From contig NC_086118.1 in assembly GCF_963921235.1 (NCBI RefSeq), positions 16,432,001 through 16,496,000 on the forward strand: a DNA stretch of 64,000 nt, given 5' to 3'. The DNA is from Mobula hypostoma. Its lineage: Eukaryota. The notes below the pieces were generated by a model. It had not been told where the DNA came from. It made no database searches and saw nothing but the letters and a program-made list of their open reading frames with translations. Positions 13,085-24,555 of the stretch are shown piece after piece (the stretch's first letter is position 1; every line of letters starts with the position of its first letter). Made by a program: the position numbers and the translations under genes.

Positions 13085-13196
13085 GAGTATGCCACAGGAA
13101 AATGATTCTCAGGGTTGTATATGGTGACATGTATGTACTTTGATAATAAAATTTACTTTGAACATTGAGTGCAGTGCAGTACATTACACACATGAC

Positions 13197-13912
13197 TGTT
13201 AGGGAGCATTCTTGAGTCTTGTGAATGTAGTGGATATGAATTCAACAAGAACTAGGCTTCAGTTCTTATTTTAAATCTAAATAAGTTTGCATTTAGCCTT
13301 CAGTTCTTATTGTAAATTGCAAGCAGTAAATTGAAGTTAAACTGGCCCGCAGAATAAAAGGTTGTATGTGCCACAGCCAAACATTAAGACAATGGGGTTG
13401 TGTAAATTAACTTGCATCAAACCAGGCAACAGGACTAAATTATTCCACAGACTAAGAGATTGCATACGTAACAGCCAAACAGTAAATCAATGAGGTTGTG
13501 TTAATTGTCTTGATCAAACCAATTGACACAGCTAAGGTATTTTCACCATTGTGACTTGTGTTCAAGCTGGCAGCCCAAATGGTGCTGTAACTTAGCCTAA
13601 AAAATGTGGTCACAGGTATAAGCAATCAAAATTTTTGTGTAGTTATGATATTTGCTTCCATTTTGTATCTCAAAGGAACCATTTATCAACCCAAAGTATT
13701 GAAGTAAACAATGTCATTACAACTATTGATATTTTTTTGCATCATCTACTGTTATGCTTGATTTTAAGGGTACAAAAATGTGATGTACCTTTGGATTTGT
13801 GAGTTTCTACTGAGAGTGTCTTCAGAATGATGGCCCCTTTCTTGTGATGAATAAAGATATCCATATCACCAGCTTTAGTGTGTCTCTCCAGTGACCATTC
13901 ACAGTCACGACA
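13197..13912 (+). mobile_element. Solo LTR related to the ERV at 58494-62799
   Basis: TGTTAGGG..AATAAAG..CAGTCACGACA; perfect 5-bp TSD ATGAC. Confidence 0.85.
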
Positions 13913-14208
13913 ATGACAAACATAGACTAACATAACTTAAATGACAAAATAAAAAAAAGCATAATGATATTAACGCAAGTTAAAGGAAATATACTCAGAG
14001 GAGATATTAGGGTTTTTCCGTTAAGTTCAAGAACATGATGGGTGACAAATTTAAAATTTTTGAGTATCCTATTTATCTCTGCAACTTTATTTCATTTGAC
14101 TTCTCTATCCATTTTATGGATAGAAATTATGAATAATAAATTTATTTATGATTTCACCATCTCTAAAAAGAAATGGCATTCTTTCCAAAGTACTTTTCAT
14201 AAACTCAC

Positions 14209-14277
14209 AATATCCCAAAAAGATCCTTGTAGTCATTGAACTCGTTTCTCCTAACTCCCTCATCAAGTTTGTAGTCA
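14209..14277 (-). CDS. Coding exon of unidentified gene (DYKLDEGVRRNEFNDYKDLFGI)
   Basis: caacAG acceptor, GTGAGT donor, open frame, protein-like sequence; joins in frame to 14703-14784 (AG|T = Ser). Confidence 0.6.
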
Positions 14278-14702
14278 CTGTTGTAATGTCAGAAACATGG
14301 CAGCCATTTTGTAAGCATAGACATTTCATTTTTTTTACATTGTGTAAAATACTAATTTTTGGCAAGTATATTAAATAATATTAGAAAATTATGGTAAATT
14401 GTATCAAATAAAGAAGTTATTAAATATCTCAGCTATGCTTTGTGTATGACAAGCACAACAAAAACTTACGAGAAAGTCAAAATTTATATTTGATTGAATT
14501 GTAACTTGTTCTATTCTCATCATAAAAATTTTAAAATATCATAAAACAGAATAGCTGGAGATTAGACATAAAAATGTGTATGGCATTAGTATCCATCTTC
14601 TGCGAAAAGCAGAGCCATTCAACTTTTGACCCAGCCTTCAAACCAGAACTGATTTATGAGATAAAGGTTATGTGTGGATTATTTTCTGTGTCTGAAACCA
14701 AC

Positions 14703-14784
14703 CTGGAAGTATATATCCCATGGATTGTATCAATAAAGGTGATAATCAGGCATTCTAAATCTGGCCATTGCTTATGGGGAAGTG
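14703..14784 (-). CDS. Coding exon of unidentified gene (LPHKQWPDLECLIITFIDTIHGIYTS)
   Basis: caatAG acceptor, AG|GTTGGT donor, 82 nt phase 1-2, open frame. Confidence 0.55.
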
Positions 14785-15499
14785 CTATTGAGGTCGAATA
14801 GGACAAAAACTTCTTTTGGAACCAAGAAACACAGTGTTACTTTTCAAAGGTAAATGTAAATATTTAAAAATTGTTAAGCCATTGATATTGTTGGCATACA
14901 GCCACTTATACCATTTGTATATGGAAATAAAGTCATGTTTTTATTATAACTCATAAACAGTAAAACATTAGTACCTGTCTATTATTACTAGATCTGTTTT
15001 CTTGTGATTGTTACAATGAAGTTATTAATTTAAGCCACTTGGAGTTGGACAAGCATTTGGCAAAAAAGGGATTGGATAAGTCAGTCAGTAAACATGCCAA
15101 GAAAAGGTTGTAAGAGATAAAAATGGACCAAGTTCATAGTGTATTGCAAATAGAGTTGAACAAATAGAAGTTAGAAGTTAGCCAAACCGAACCTATGCAC
15201 ACAAACCAAGAAAGGACAGACTTTAAAAAGTTTATGTATATAATACTTTTGCCAAATACTTATCTATAGAATATATTCTGTCATTTTATGAGTCTTGACT
15301 ATGTTTGTGAGTGCCCTTAAATGTAAGATGACAATCCAGATTAGTAACATTTGTAGAGCATTCCTCTAAGAATCACTAACATGGAAAGTTCCACCACTCA
15401 AAATTCATACGTTGACTTGGAACTAAATTTGTCACTTTCCTTTCAATAGAAAGCAAAACTTATTCAATTCTATGTCACCAATAATTTGGGAGCAAAAAT

Positions 15500-15910
15500 G
15501 AATTGGTGAGGAATTTCCAAGACAGATTCACAGAATCCTTAGATACTGGAATAGTTCCGGAGGATTGGAAAATTGCAAATATCACTCCATTATTTAAGAA
15601 GGGAGGGAGGCAGAAGAAAGGAAATTATAGGTCACTCAGCTTGACTTCAGTGGTTGGGAAGATATTGGAGTCCATTGTAAAGGACGTGGTTTCTGGGTAC
15701 TTGGAGGCACATGATAAAGTAGGCCAAAGTCAGCATGGTTTCTGTAAGGAGAAATCTTGCCTCACAAATCTGTTGGAATTCTTTGAGAAGGATAGACAGA
15801 GTCAGTGGATGTTGGGTACTTGGACTTCAGAAGGTATTTGAGGCTGCTTAACAAGCTTAGAGCTTATGGTATTACAGGAAAGATACTAGGATGGATGGAA
15901 GATTGAATTG
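15500..15910 (+). mobile_element. CR1 LINE RT fragment
   Basis: VPEDWKIANITPLFKKG..GNYR..QHGF..KSCLTNLLEFFE. Confidence 0.9.
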
Positions 15911-16374
15911 GTAAAGTAGATCAGAGATGGTCAGAGTCTTGGATGCTAGGACATCCTTATGTAAATGCTTCAGTTAGGACCATAAGTCAAGGTCAAGGCT
16001 GTTGGCAAGCCTTGCCTGTGCAGTGAAATGTCACGTCAGTGAAGACCATTGTGAATATTCTTTTTTCAGTACAAACGGCTGGTATGTTCGTGGAAACGTA
16101 CACCATACACATTGAATTTTCCATATTCACAGCATGAATATTGAGTGCTTAATCACATTTAGTGACCTTGTTTCCAATAAACCTCCCATGTATAACACAA
16201 GCACCATGTGAGAGAATTTGTAGCCCCTGTACTTTCCTCATCATTGTTATCATTTTAACAAGTTTCATTTTAGTGTATTTTCCCAACTACTTACAACCTT
16301 ACCCAGTGTAATAATGTTTATCAATTATATCTTGATACACTAAAAGCACAAAAAAGATGCTTGTGATATGAAAT

Positions 16375-16545
16375 AAAAACAGAAAAATTTGGAAATACTC
16401 TCGTAACATTTGTGGAGAGAGAAACAGTTCAACAAACTTCCATCAACACAACACAGATACAGTTTTCATCCATTTGGATGAAGGATTATTGACCTGAAAT
16501 ACTAAATCTATTTTTCTCTTCACAAGTGCTGCCTGACCTGTTGAA
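16375..16545. mobile_element. Older degenerate Penelope pLTR-derived inverted repeat (target of the following insertion)
   Basis: GATGAAGG..GACCTGAAA..TGCTGCCTGACCTG resembles the pLTR family; partial inverted arm at 16375-16430. Confidence 0.5.
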
Positions 16546-17245
16546 GCAACACACATCAAAGTTGCTGGTGAACGCAGCAGGCCAGGCAGCATCTCTAGGA
16601 AAAGGTGCAGTCGACGTTTCAGGCTGAGACCCTTCGTCAGGACTAACTGAAGGAAGAGTGAGTAAGGGATTTGAAAGTTGGAGGGGGAGGGGGAGATCCA
16701 AATTGATAGGAGAAGACAGGAGGGGGAGGGATAGAGCCAAGAGCTGGACAGGTGATAGGCAAAAGGGGATACGAGAGGATCATGGGACAGGAGGTCCGGG
16801 AAGAAAGACAAGGGGGTGGGGGACCCAGAGGATGGGCAAGAGGTATATTCAGAGGGAGAAAAAGGAGAGTGAGAGAAAGAATGTGTGCATAAAAATAAGT
16901 AACAAATGGGGTACGAGGGGGAGGTGGGGACTAGCGGAAGTTAGAGAAGTCAATGTTCATGCCATCAGGTTGGAGGCTATCCAGACGGAATATAAGGTGT
17001 TGTTCCTCCAACCTGAGTGTGGCTTCATCTTTACAGTAGAGGAGGCCATGGATAGACATGTCAGAATGGGAATGGGATGTGGAATTAAAATGTGTGGCCA
17101 CTGGGAGATCCTGCTTTCTCTGGCGGACAGAGTGTAGGTGTTCAGCAAAGCGGTCTCCCAGTCTGCGTCGGGTCTCGCCAATATATAAAAGGCCACATCG
17201 GGAGCACCGGACGCAGTATATCACCCCAGCCGACTCACAGGTGAA
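16546..17245 (-). mobile_element. Neptune-clade Penelope-like element 3' end: GIY-YIG endonuclease plus pLTR
   Basis: IYCVRCSRCGLLYIGETRRRLGDRFAEH..HFN..LEEQHLIFRL..QPDGMN; 11-bp TSD GACCTGTTGAA (16535-16545, 17246-17256). Confidence 0.92.
16607..16646 (-). ncRNA. Minimal type I hammerhead ribozyme motif in Penelope pLTR
   Basis: TAGTC-CTGACGA-A-GGGT-CTCA-GCCT-GAAA-CG-TC-GACTG: stem I, CUGANGA core, short stem II, GAAA, palindromic ACGT stem III, GUC cleavage triplet. Confidence 0.8.
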
Positions 17246-17599
17246 GACCTGTTGAACCTCTGTTTTAACATCCCTATACTGTTTGCTGATTTAAATTTGT
17301 ATTTTGAAATTGAGACATTTCTTTCATCCCATTTCTCTCATGAGCTAGCAGCTAATTACCATTTAGTAATTACCCTGCTCTACCAGAACTTCCCTTTAAT
17401 AACAGCGGTTCGTGCTTCAAGCTGAAATTTAATTGCACTGTGATTTGGGTGATATCAAACGGAATAGAGTGTTGAAAATCTACAGTATATTCAAAATGAA
17501 ATGACCTCATAACCATTCTGATGTTCTCAAAAGAACTTCTTGGTTGGTTGACTAAATAAATGGAGAACAGTCACAGTCATAGCTACTTACAGCAAGACA

Positions 17600-17900
17600 G
17601 CAGAATCTTTCAACCCAACATGTCCACATGATCTATGTACATGCACGTAGATTAATTCTGCACTAATCCTTTATTTTCTGTTCTCACATTCTTATCATCA
17701 CTTTCTGTATTTCACTCCTCGCCTGCACAGTAGGAGAAGTTCACAGAGACCAATCAACTACCAATTCACATGTCTTAGGGATAGTGGGAGGAAATTGAAG
17801 CACCTGCAGTTCCAGGAAGAACTTGCAGACTCCACACAGACAGCACTAAAGGTTAGGATTGAAACTGGATTTCTGGAGATATGAAGTAGCAGCTGTGGTA
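17600..17900 (-). mobile_element. V-SINE (HE1-like), degenerate
   Basis: Reverse complement of V-domain TGTCTGTGTGGAGTCTGCA..TTCCTCCCAC. Confidence 0.65.
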
Positions 17901-18904
17901 GCTCCTAGCTCTGATAATCCAAGTCGCAAACAGCTGTTGAGTAGATGCCCAGTTCACCAAGCCAGAAGTCTGTCCTCGGAGGCACTTTGGATTATCTTAA
18001 TTTTCCTTTTTGGCTGACTTAGCATGCAAATATGCCAAAGATTTCACAACTAATGGGATTCAACAAAACTTTCCAGTTAATGCTTTGTAAATCTGCTGAG
18101 GGACTTGTGGTATGCAATACATCACACAATTATATTACCAAATGCTGGAGAAAAGCTTGTGTGTATCTGTCTGTTACTGATGGAAGCACTGCCAGCCATT
18201 GCTAGCCATTGGATTTTTACCAATTTATGGTGTGCTAAAGCCAAATTGGACATTTTGCCCTAAAGCTAAATTGGATGTCACCTTGCTTGAAAAAAATTCC
18301 AATTACGAATTCATCCCTTTAAGGAACATTAACATCGGATCTGTATAATCAAGCAGATGACTGATAAGTGCACTGACTCGTGGGAAATGAGTCAATGCTG
18401 TTAAGGGGTACTCTCCACAGACAGGCTGCCATGGGTTACAGTAAGTAAACATGGAAGTGGAGGAAGGGATCATTGTAAATTGCTTTAGGGTCATGAATAT
18501 AAGGTTTGGGGTGGGGGGGTTGGGGTGGATAATTACACATGGATTTTACAAGGTGCACATAGGTCCTGAAGGTATGTCCATAAACCTGTGCTCAGAGCTG
18601 CAGATGTGAGATTTCTTTTACAGTAAAATAACCAAGGCTTTTAAGAATATAATGATGTCCTAAGAATACTTAACATTTTGCAGAATCCAACTGTGATGGA
18701 CTCCTTCCACTGAAGAAAAAAATGAAGATCAGAGGACATGACCTTTCATAACAATTTTTAGCATTGAGTAATTAACCATAGAATTATAAAGGCATACAAC
18801 ATGGAAACAAATTGGAATCATTAACTCTGTTTCTCCCTATATGGATGCTGCCTGGGCAGTTGTGTCTTCCCAACATTTTCTGTTTGTGTTTTTAAGTTTT
18901 TGGC

Positions 18905-19550
18905 TACTACTACTAACTACTACTACTACTGCATTGACTCAGGTCTAGGGGGCCAGTGTCGGGCACGATGACGGACTCTCCACTTCTCCCTCTCCCTCAT
19001 CAGTGTGTTCAGTTCATCTGTATTAGCCACACCACTGTCTTCTAGGAGCGTGTTGACCATCATTTTAGGAGGGTGCCCAGGGTTCATCCTCCCGTGCTTG
19101 GGCTCCCATATGATGACTAGGATGGCAGGTAGCTCGGGGTGGTGTAGACAGTGCCCCGCTAGTTGCAGCCTTCGCGCCTCAATTTTAGTGGAGAGCATCG
19201 GTAGGTTGTTATAGAGCTCAACGTTCGTCATGTGCTGTTGCCAACTCACGTCAAGAGCCATCTGGAGCATTCGTGTATAGCAACCATCTAGAGACTTTGG
19301 CATCGTCTTGGTGAGTGTCCACGTCTCACATCCGTACGTGAGAATGGACTCTATGACTGCTACGAAAATCCTCTTTTTAAGCCCTCTGGTCAGGTTCGAC
19401 TTCCGGATTTCCTTCATGTCGTTCATAGCCCTCCACGCCAGTATCTTTACGTCCTTCTCCGGACTCATCATTCTTGACCGGAGGACTTGTAGTCAAAGAC
19501 TTTCTTAATGGTATCATTCCCTACGGTCTTGAGGGTACCTTGGCAAATGA
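18905..19550 (-). mobile_element. RTE-clade LINE 3' end
   Basis: ILTYGCETWTLT..RRLQLAGH..W.P..G...G.P; (AGT)n tail at 18905-18930. Confidence 0.9.
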
Positions 19551-19819
19551 GTCTAAATGTGACCAAAGATCATTGGATCCTTCTCCAATAATTGGAGACT
19601 TTTATTGATCACTGTTAAATATGATCTGTCATGTTAAATCAACACTGGAATTTGAAATGAGGTGTCAGAATAAAGTAAATGGAATGCCTTGAGTTCCTTT
19701 AGCACTAAGTCCAATAAGCACGGCCTGAAGTAGTAACAATGGCTTAACAGTTCTCTACAAAAGGACCCACAATATTGGGAATTTGATTATGATGAACATT
19801 TCCTTACTACAGAAAAGTA

Positions 19820-19913
19820 CCACAAACAAAATGCGGGGGGACCTTAACAGGCCAGGCAGCATCGATGGAAAAGAATACAACTGACGTTTCGGGCCGAGAC
19901 CCTTCAGTAGGAC
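19820..19913 (-). mobile_element. Penelope pLTR-derived short repeat
   Basis: Minus strand GTCCTACTGAAGGGTCTCGGCCCGAAACGTCAG..GATGCTGCCTGGCCTG. Confidence 0.75.
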
Positions 19914-19959
19914 CACTTTTAAGCCTTCTCACAATGCAATTCTATTCCTTCACTAGTTT

Positions 19960-20215
19960 TCCTTGTAATCTATCACCCTCCCAGTTCCAGCAATTCCTCC
20001 CAACTCTACCATTTGCTTGCATAGCTGGGGCAACTTATAGAGGCCATCTTACTATCAAACCTACATGTCTGGGTTTGTGGGAAGAAACCAGAGCATTTGG
20101 AGAAAGCCCATGCAGCCACAGGGAGAATGTGCAAATCCCACACAGACAGGACTGAACTCAGGTTTCTGAAGAGGTGAGCCAGCAGCTCTCGTAGCAACAC
20201 CACCACGCCACGTGT
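19960..20215 (-). mobile_element. V-SINE (HE1-like)
   Basis: V-domain TGTCTGTGTGGGATTTGCACATTCTCCCTGTGGCTGCATGGGCTTTCTCC on the minus strand. Confidence 0.7.
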
Positions 20216-20373
20216 AATAATGAGAGTAAACTGACAGTAAAGCTTTATGAAAAGAGGCTCCAAGTTCATGAGGAAGTCTGGGAATCAAGGTAAGGGAAAG
20301 CACAGGTCTGATTCACGCTTTGATTTTGGTGATCCTGGAACAGTGAAACCAACCTGAGCCATGCAGTGTGCAA

Positions 20374-20505
20374 CAAACATGAGAAAATCTGCAGATGCAG
20401 GAAATGCAAAGCAACACACAGAAAATACTGGAGGAACTCAACAAGTGGGGCAGAATCTATGGAAAAGAGTACACAGGCAACATTTCGGGCTGAAACCCTT
20501 CTCAG
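20374..20505 (-). mobile_element. Penelope pLTR-derived short repeat
   Basis: AAACATGAGAAAATCTGCAGATGC..TTTCGGGCTGAAACCCTTCTCAG. Confidence 0.75.
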
Positions 20506-21207
20506 TGAGCAGGTAACCTCAAACAAAATGGGGTAGTACCACTGCAACATGCTTCATTTCAGTATACTCAATCTAGTTCTATGTAGTGGGATTTGTTGTA
20601 AGATTATATATGTTATAGTGGGCCATCAATATGTACATTTATCTTAATGATGTAAAACATTTCTTCCACAGTCCTGCACGAGTGTTAGGTTTTGTGAATT
20701 ATTCACTTTATTGATTTAAACAGTTGCATTTCTGAGGTACAGATCAGAAGAAAATTATAGTTTTGACTTCTTTTTGATTAATAAGTAGGGCTGCTAACAC
20801 TATGAAGGAAAACAGATTATGGGCTTACACTCAACACAAGGCACAGGCTATGTCTCATTGTGCTTTTGTAACATAAACAATGTTCTTTAGTTATCTGCAT
20901 GTTCCAAAACATGACAAAGACTTTGTAATCTTGTATAAAACATATTATTGTGGTATGCACATGCAGCATTGCTAAATAATTCCATTGTCTCATAATACAT
21001 CCAAAATATAGGGTTTTTCAGTGTGTCAGACCGATTCATTGTCAGCTTACTCAGAGGCCCTAGGGGTTTAGAATTGTACTTTTGAACTGATATTTTTGAA
21101 TCAGAAAAGAGGATGACATTCCATCCAGTATTTGTAAGTGATTATCTGAAAATACTATCTACTGGGGCTGCACATTATTAATGGATTTGCTTGGAACAAC
21201 TTCATAC

Positions 21208-21252
21208 CTTGCTCTTGTCTGGTGTGATTGTCATCTTCAATCATCGTGCACC
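21208..21252 (-). CDS. Candidate 45-nt exon (CTMIEDDNHTRQEQ)
   Basis: ttctcatAG acceptor, AG|GTATGA donor; only one frame is open; phase 1-1 fits both flanking candidates. Confidence 0.5.
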
Positions 21253-22290
21253 CTATGAGAACTGGCATCCACAGTGAAAATTCCCAGATAACTTTTGAAC
21301 ATTGTATACAATAAATTGCACAGAGCATTAGGAAAAGATTATCAAGTCTGTAATCTAATCCTAGGGTCAGATAAATTACAAACTGTGTGAGCTTCTCTAT
21401 AAACTGATTTGCATCAGTTGAAACGATATCAAAGCGATATTCCAGATATTTTTGGCAGCTATAGATGGTGGTTGCCTCCATATTACAAAAGTTCCAAACA
21501 TTATTGTATTTGGGGCATTTACAAGTTGGCATTATTTGCATTGTTTACATGCACTACAATGGTAAGCAGTCCTCAGAATTGTCATAGCTTGATTGGAGCT
21601 TTGAATTCAACAACTTTCTGCGAAGTTCTATCAGGCACTTTGCTGTGCGGCAACTGTTAGATTGTGTAAGGATTCTGTTCTTGAGAAATATCTATAAGCT
21701 GTTTTTTTGTGTGTAAACCAGAAACATCCATTTTCAAAAGCTACGCATGATATACTGCCTATATACACTTGTGCTGATTCTTTCATTTCATCAAATATTC
21801 ATCCCAATATGAACCATAATTAGACTAATGAAATATATAAGGTATCCAATTATTAATGAACACCACAATATCTTGAAAATTGATTTAAAACGTATGAGAA
21901 GATTTGTGTAAAGTCGGATGAGCATTTCCAGGAGTTTTGCTTTTATTTCAGGATTGCAGCCTTTGTTTATTTCTAGTACATAATCTAGAAAATGCTGCAA
22001 TATGATTTGTGTGGTATTTGGGGACATTTGGGAGAAAGTTCTCTCTTCTCTCCCATTGTAACCATGAACACAAGTTCCAGTCTTCAAATGGGCAGTGCGA
22101 TCCTTTTTCTGCAACATTCTCCAGTGGCTGACAGAGTGTGGCTATGCTCTTTTGAGCACTGGAACTTGTGGTTGTAGCTGCAAGGATTGAAATGAGCACA
22201 TATAAATCCATTACTGCAGATTGAAAAACCAGCATGAGCTGGAAGTGACTCAGTTCATTATCTTACAGGGAAAACCTGCAATACTTTTCC

Positions 22291-22515
22291 GGTCACAAAC
22301 ACAAGGAATTCTGCAGGTGCTGGAAATTCAAGCAACACACATCAAAGTTGCTGGTGAACGCAGCAGACCAGGCAGCATCTCTAGGAAGAGGTACAGTATA
22401 CGTTTCGGGCCAAAACCCTTCGTCCTGACGAAGGGTCTCGGCCCGAAACGTATACTGTACCTCTTCCTAGAGATGCTGCCTGGCCTGCTGCGTTCACCAG
22501 CAACTTTGATGTGCG
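22291..22515. mobile_element. Fold-back (palindromic) Penelope pLTR element with hammerhead core at the axis
   Basis: 87-nt arms 22338-22424 / 22427-22513 with 3 mismatches and a 2-nt loop; exact 10-bp TSD ATACTTTTCC. Confidence 0.9.
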
Positions 22516-22575
22516 ATACTTTTCCATTAATGCTTTAACATAAAATCAGAATTACAGCAGAACTTCATAGAACAG

Positions 22576-23587
22576 AAAAAGGATCTAGGGCTTTCATGGT
22601 GTATACGACGAATAGACTCTTCTCGGGCATCCAGCTGGATACAGGTAGTGATTATAACTGACATTTTAATGACAAACTCTGCCATCTTCATCAGGGCATG
22701 TCCAGTGTGGTGGTATTTATACTCCCATAGTCCATCCCTCCTGATTGGTTAGTCCTCATCCATTCAGTTTTCCAATCCCAACATAGAGTAGTTTTTTCTA
22801 CTTTGATTAGACCCGGAGAATCTCCCCAAGGAAATAAGACAATTACGTACAATCTTCCTACAGAATAGCTACAAGGTGAAGGAAATCAATCAGGCCCTTA
22901 AAAGGGCCGATGGGAAAACCAGGAAATCTAACAATGAGGAGAAACCCGTCACTACTGCCTGACTTCCCTATATTTCCACAGTTTCTGGAAGGATTGCCAA
23001 GACCCTGAAGAAATACCAGATTAATACCATCCGCAAACCTGTTAGAAAACTCAAATTGCAGCTCACGCGGGTTAAAGATGACCTGGAACTCATGTTGGCT
23101 GGCGTTCACAGGATTCCCTGTGAATGTGGAGCAGCATATATCAGCCAGATGGGATGCACGGTGGAAATCTGCATCAAGGAGCACAGGAGGTGTATCCATT
23201 TGGATTACCAGGAGAAATTAGTGGTAGCAGAACATTGCATTAGCAATGGCCATAGGATTGAGCTCGACGTGACAAATCTACTGTGCCATGCCAATAACTT
23301 TTGGGTCTGCCTGATGAAGGAAGCCATTGAAATAAAATTAAGGAAAACAATTTTAACAAGGATTAAGGTCTTGCTCGAAGTAAGAACCTGATTGTAAACA
23401 AGGTGGGAGAGTGGAAACCTGATTGGATGAGCGCTGACCAATCAGAAAGGATGGACTACAGGTGTCTAAATACCACCAGACTAGATCTGCCCAGGCATCA
23501 TCTCTGATGAAGATGGCAGAGTTTGGCATCGAAACATTGGTTATAATCGATATCTGTACCTAGATGGAAGTCCGAGAAGAGTTTATT
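22576..23587 (+). mobile_element. Poseidon/Penelope-clade element: inverted 5' pLTR, GIY-YIG remnant, 3' pLTR
   Basis: GVHRIPCECG..YISQ.G....IKEH..VAEH....GH; 22610-22773 is the reverse complement of 23413-23588; TSD CTTC(A/T)TAGAACAG. Confidence 0.9.
23498..23545 (+). ncRNA. Hammerhead ribozyme motif (second family, partly decayed)
   Basis: CTGATGA-A-GATGGCAGAGTTTGGCATC-GAAAC; the inverted copy near 22655-22697 keeps CTGATGA and GATGGCA/TGTCAT pairing. Confidence 0.65.
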
Positions 23588-24002
23588 CTTCTTAGAACAG
23601 TATTAGCATCCAATGTATTTCTGTTTAATTATCAGTGAAAAACAGAAGAAATTCTTGGATTTTAATTTTATAATTGTCATTTTTTCAAGCCTGTCATCAA
23701 TTTAACCCTCCTGTCAAACCCTTTCCAATCTTGACAACCTCTTCCAGGCCTGAAGGCATCGTAGGTCTTTTCGCTTTCCCAGTCTGGGCTCTTGTGCTTG
23801 TGTAATTTGAATCACTTTATCTTTGACCCTGAGCTTTGGAATTCTCTCCTAAAGTGCTCCAGGGTAGAAATTCAACCTTGGTCAAAAATTCTTAGTCAAC
23901 TCTTTCTGTTTAGACACCAGTGCATTCTTGAAGAGATGGTATGGTGTTTCAGTAAGGCACCAGTGGAGTTTAGGTTATGGACTGTGTTTAACTTCAAATT
24001 AC

Positions 24003-24083
24003 CTGAAGCAGATGTTTCTCTTTTCTTCAAAGTTTCCACTTTATTAACAATACCAGAAGCCTTTGCTTTATTTTCTGTCTTTT
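24003..24083 (-). CDS. Candidate exon (KTENKAKASGIVNKVETLKKRETSAS)
   Basis: Strong CAG|GTAATT donor, open frame, phase-1 end matches 21208-21252; acceptor uncertain (24083, 24103 region, or start ATG at 24130). Confidence 0.45.
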
Positions 24084-24230
24084 CTGAATATCTTGCGTCC
24101 AGAATCTTTAAGATAAAACCTTTTTGCTTCATTTCAATTCATATCCCTATTATCATCGCTGCATTGAAATCCATCTTGAATATTTGTGCTTGCAGCTCAA
24201 AAATGTAATAACTACATTTGTTGTTCAAAC

Positions 24231-24292
24231 CTAAAGTCTTATTTTTCCGTATTCCCCATTTCTTCATCTCTGAAAGTGTTCTCTTTTTAAGA
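24231..24292 (-). CDS. Possible exon (LKKRTLSEMKKWGIRKNKTL)
   Basis: ttgtattAG acceptor, weak GTTTGA donor, in frame with the next candidate exon. Confidence 0.3.
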
Positions 24293-24555
24293 CTAATACA
24301 ATTAAGTTTTGGAATATAAAATCAATTTTATCAAACAGAATAAATCAAAATTAGGGATAATAAACACAGATTGTTGGATGGAGTCTGGAAGTAGAGAACA
24401 AAACTGTGTGATACCGAGATCAAAGCAGAGACTGTGGAGCAATATGGAAATACAAAGATCAGTGCTGTGATAGTTAAGATTTATTTCACTGAAACAAAAG
24501 ACAATAGGAAAATAAGAAACATACTACAGAACTCATGAAAAGATGAATGTGGAGC

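Larger units (their letters stand above)
11685..13170 (+). mobile_element. Rex1/Babar LINE 3' portion and UTR, interrupted by a hAT-like element
   Basis: Degenerate ..HPGHALFSLLPSG..SLRTRTTRFKNSYYPTTIRLLN at about 12060-12180; tail AATAAA..TACTTTGAAC. Confidence 0.8.

Noticed and set aside
12621..13105. Ser/Arg/Leu-rich ORFs
   Set aside because: Translations of a CT/CG microsatellite.
21948..22180. Minus-strand exon candidate (TTTSSSAQKSIATLCQPLE..)
   Set aside because: Good acceptor, but no phase-compatible donor found before the stop; at most an alternative terminal exon.
24137..24139. In-frame TGA as selenocysteine
   Set aside because: No SECIS or selenoprotein motif seen; a short intron or upstream stop is simpler.
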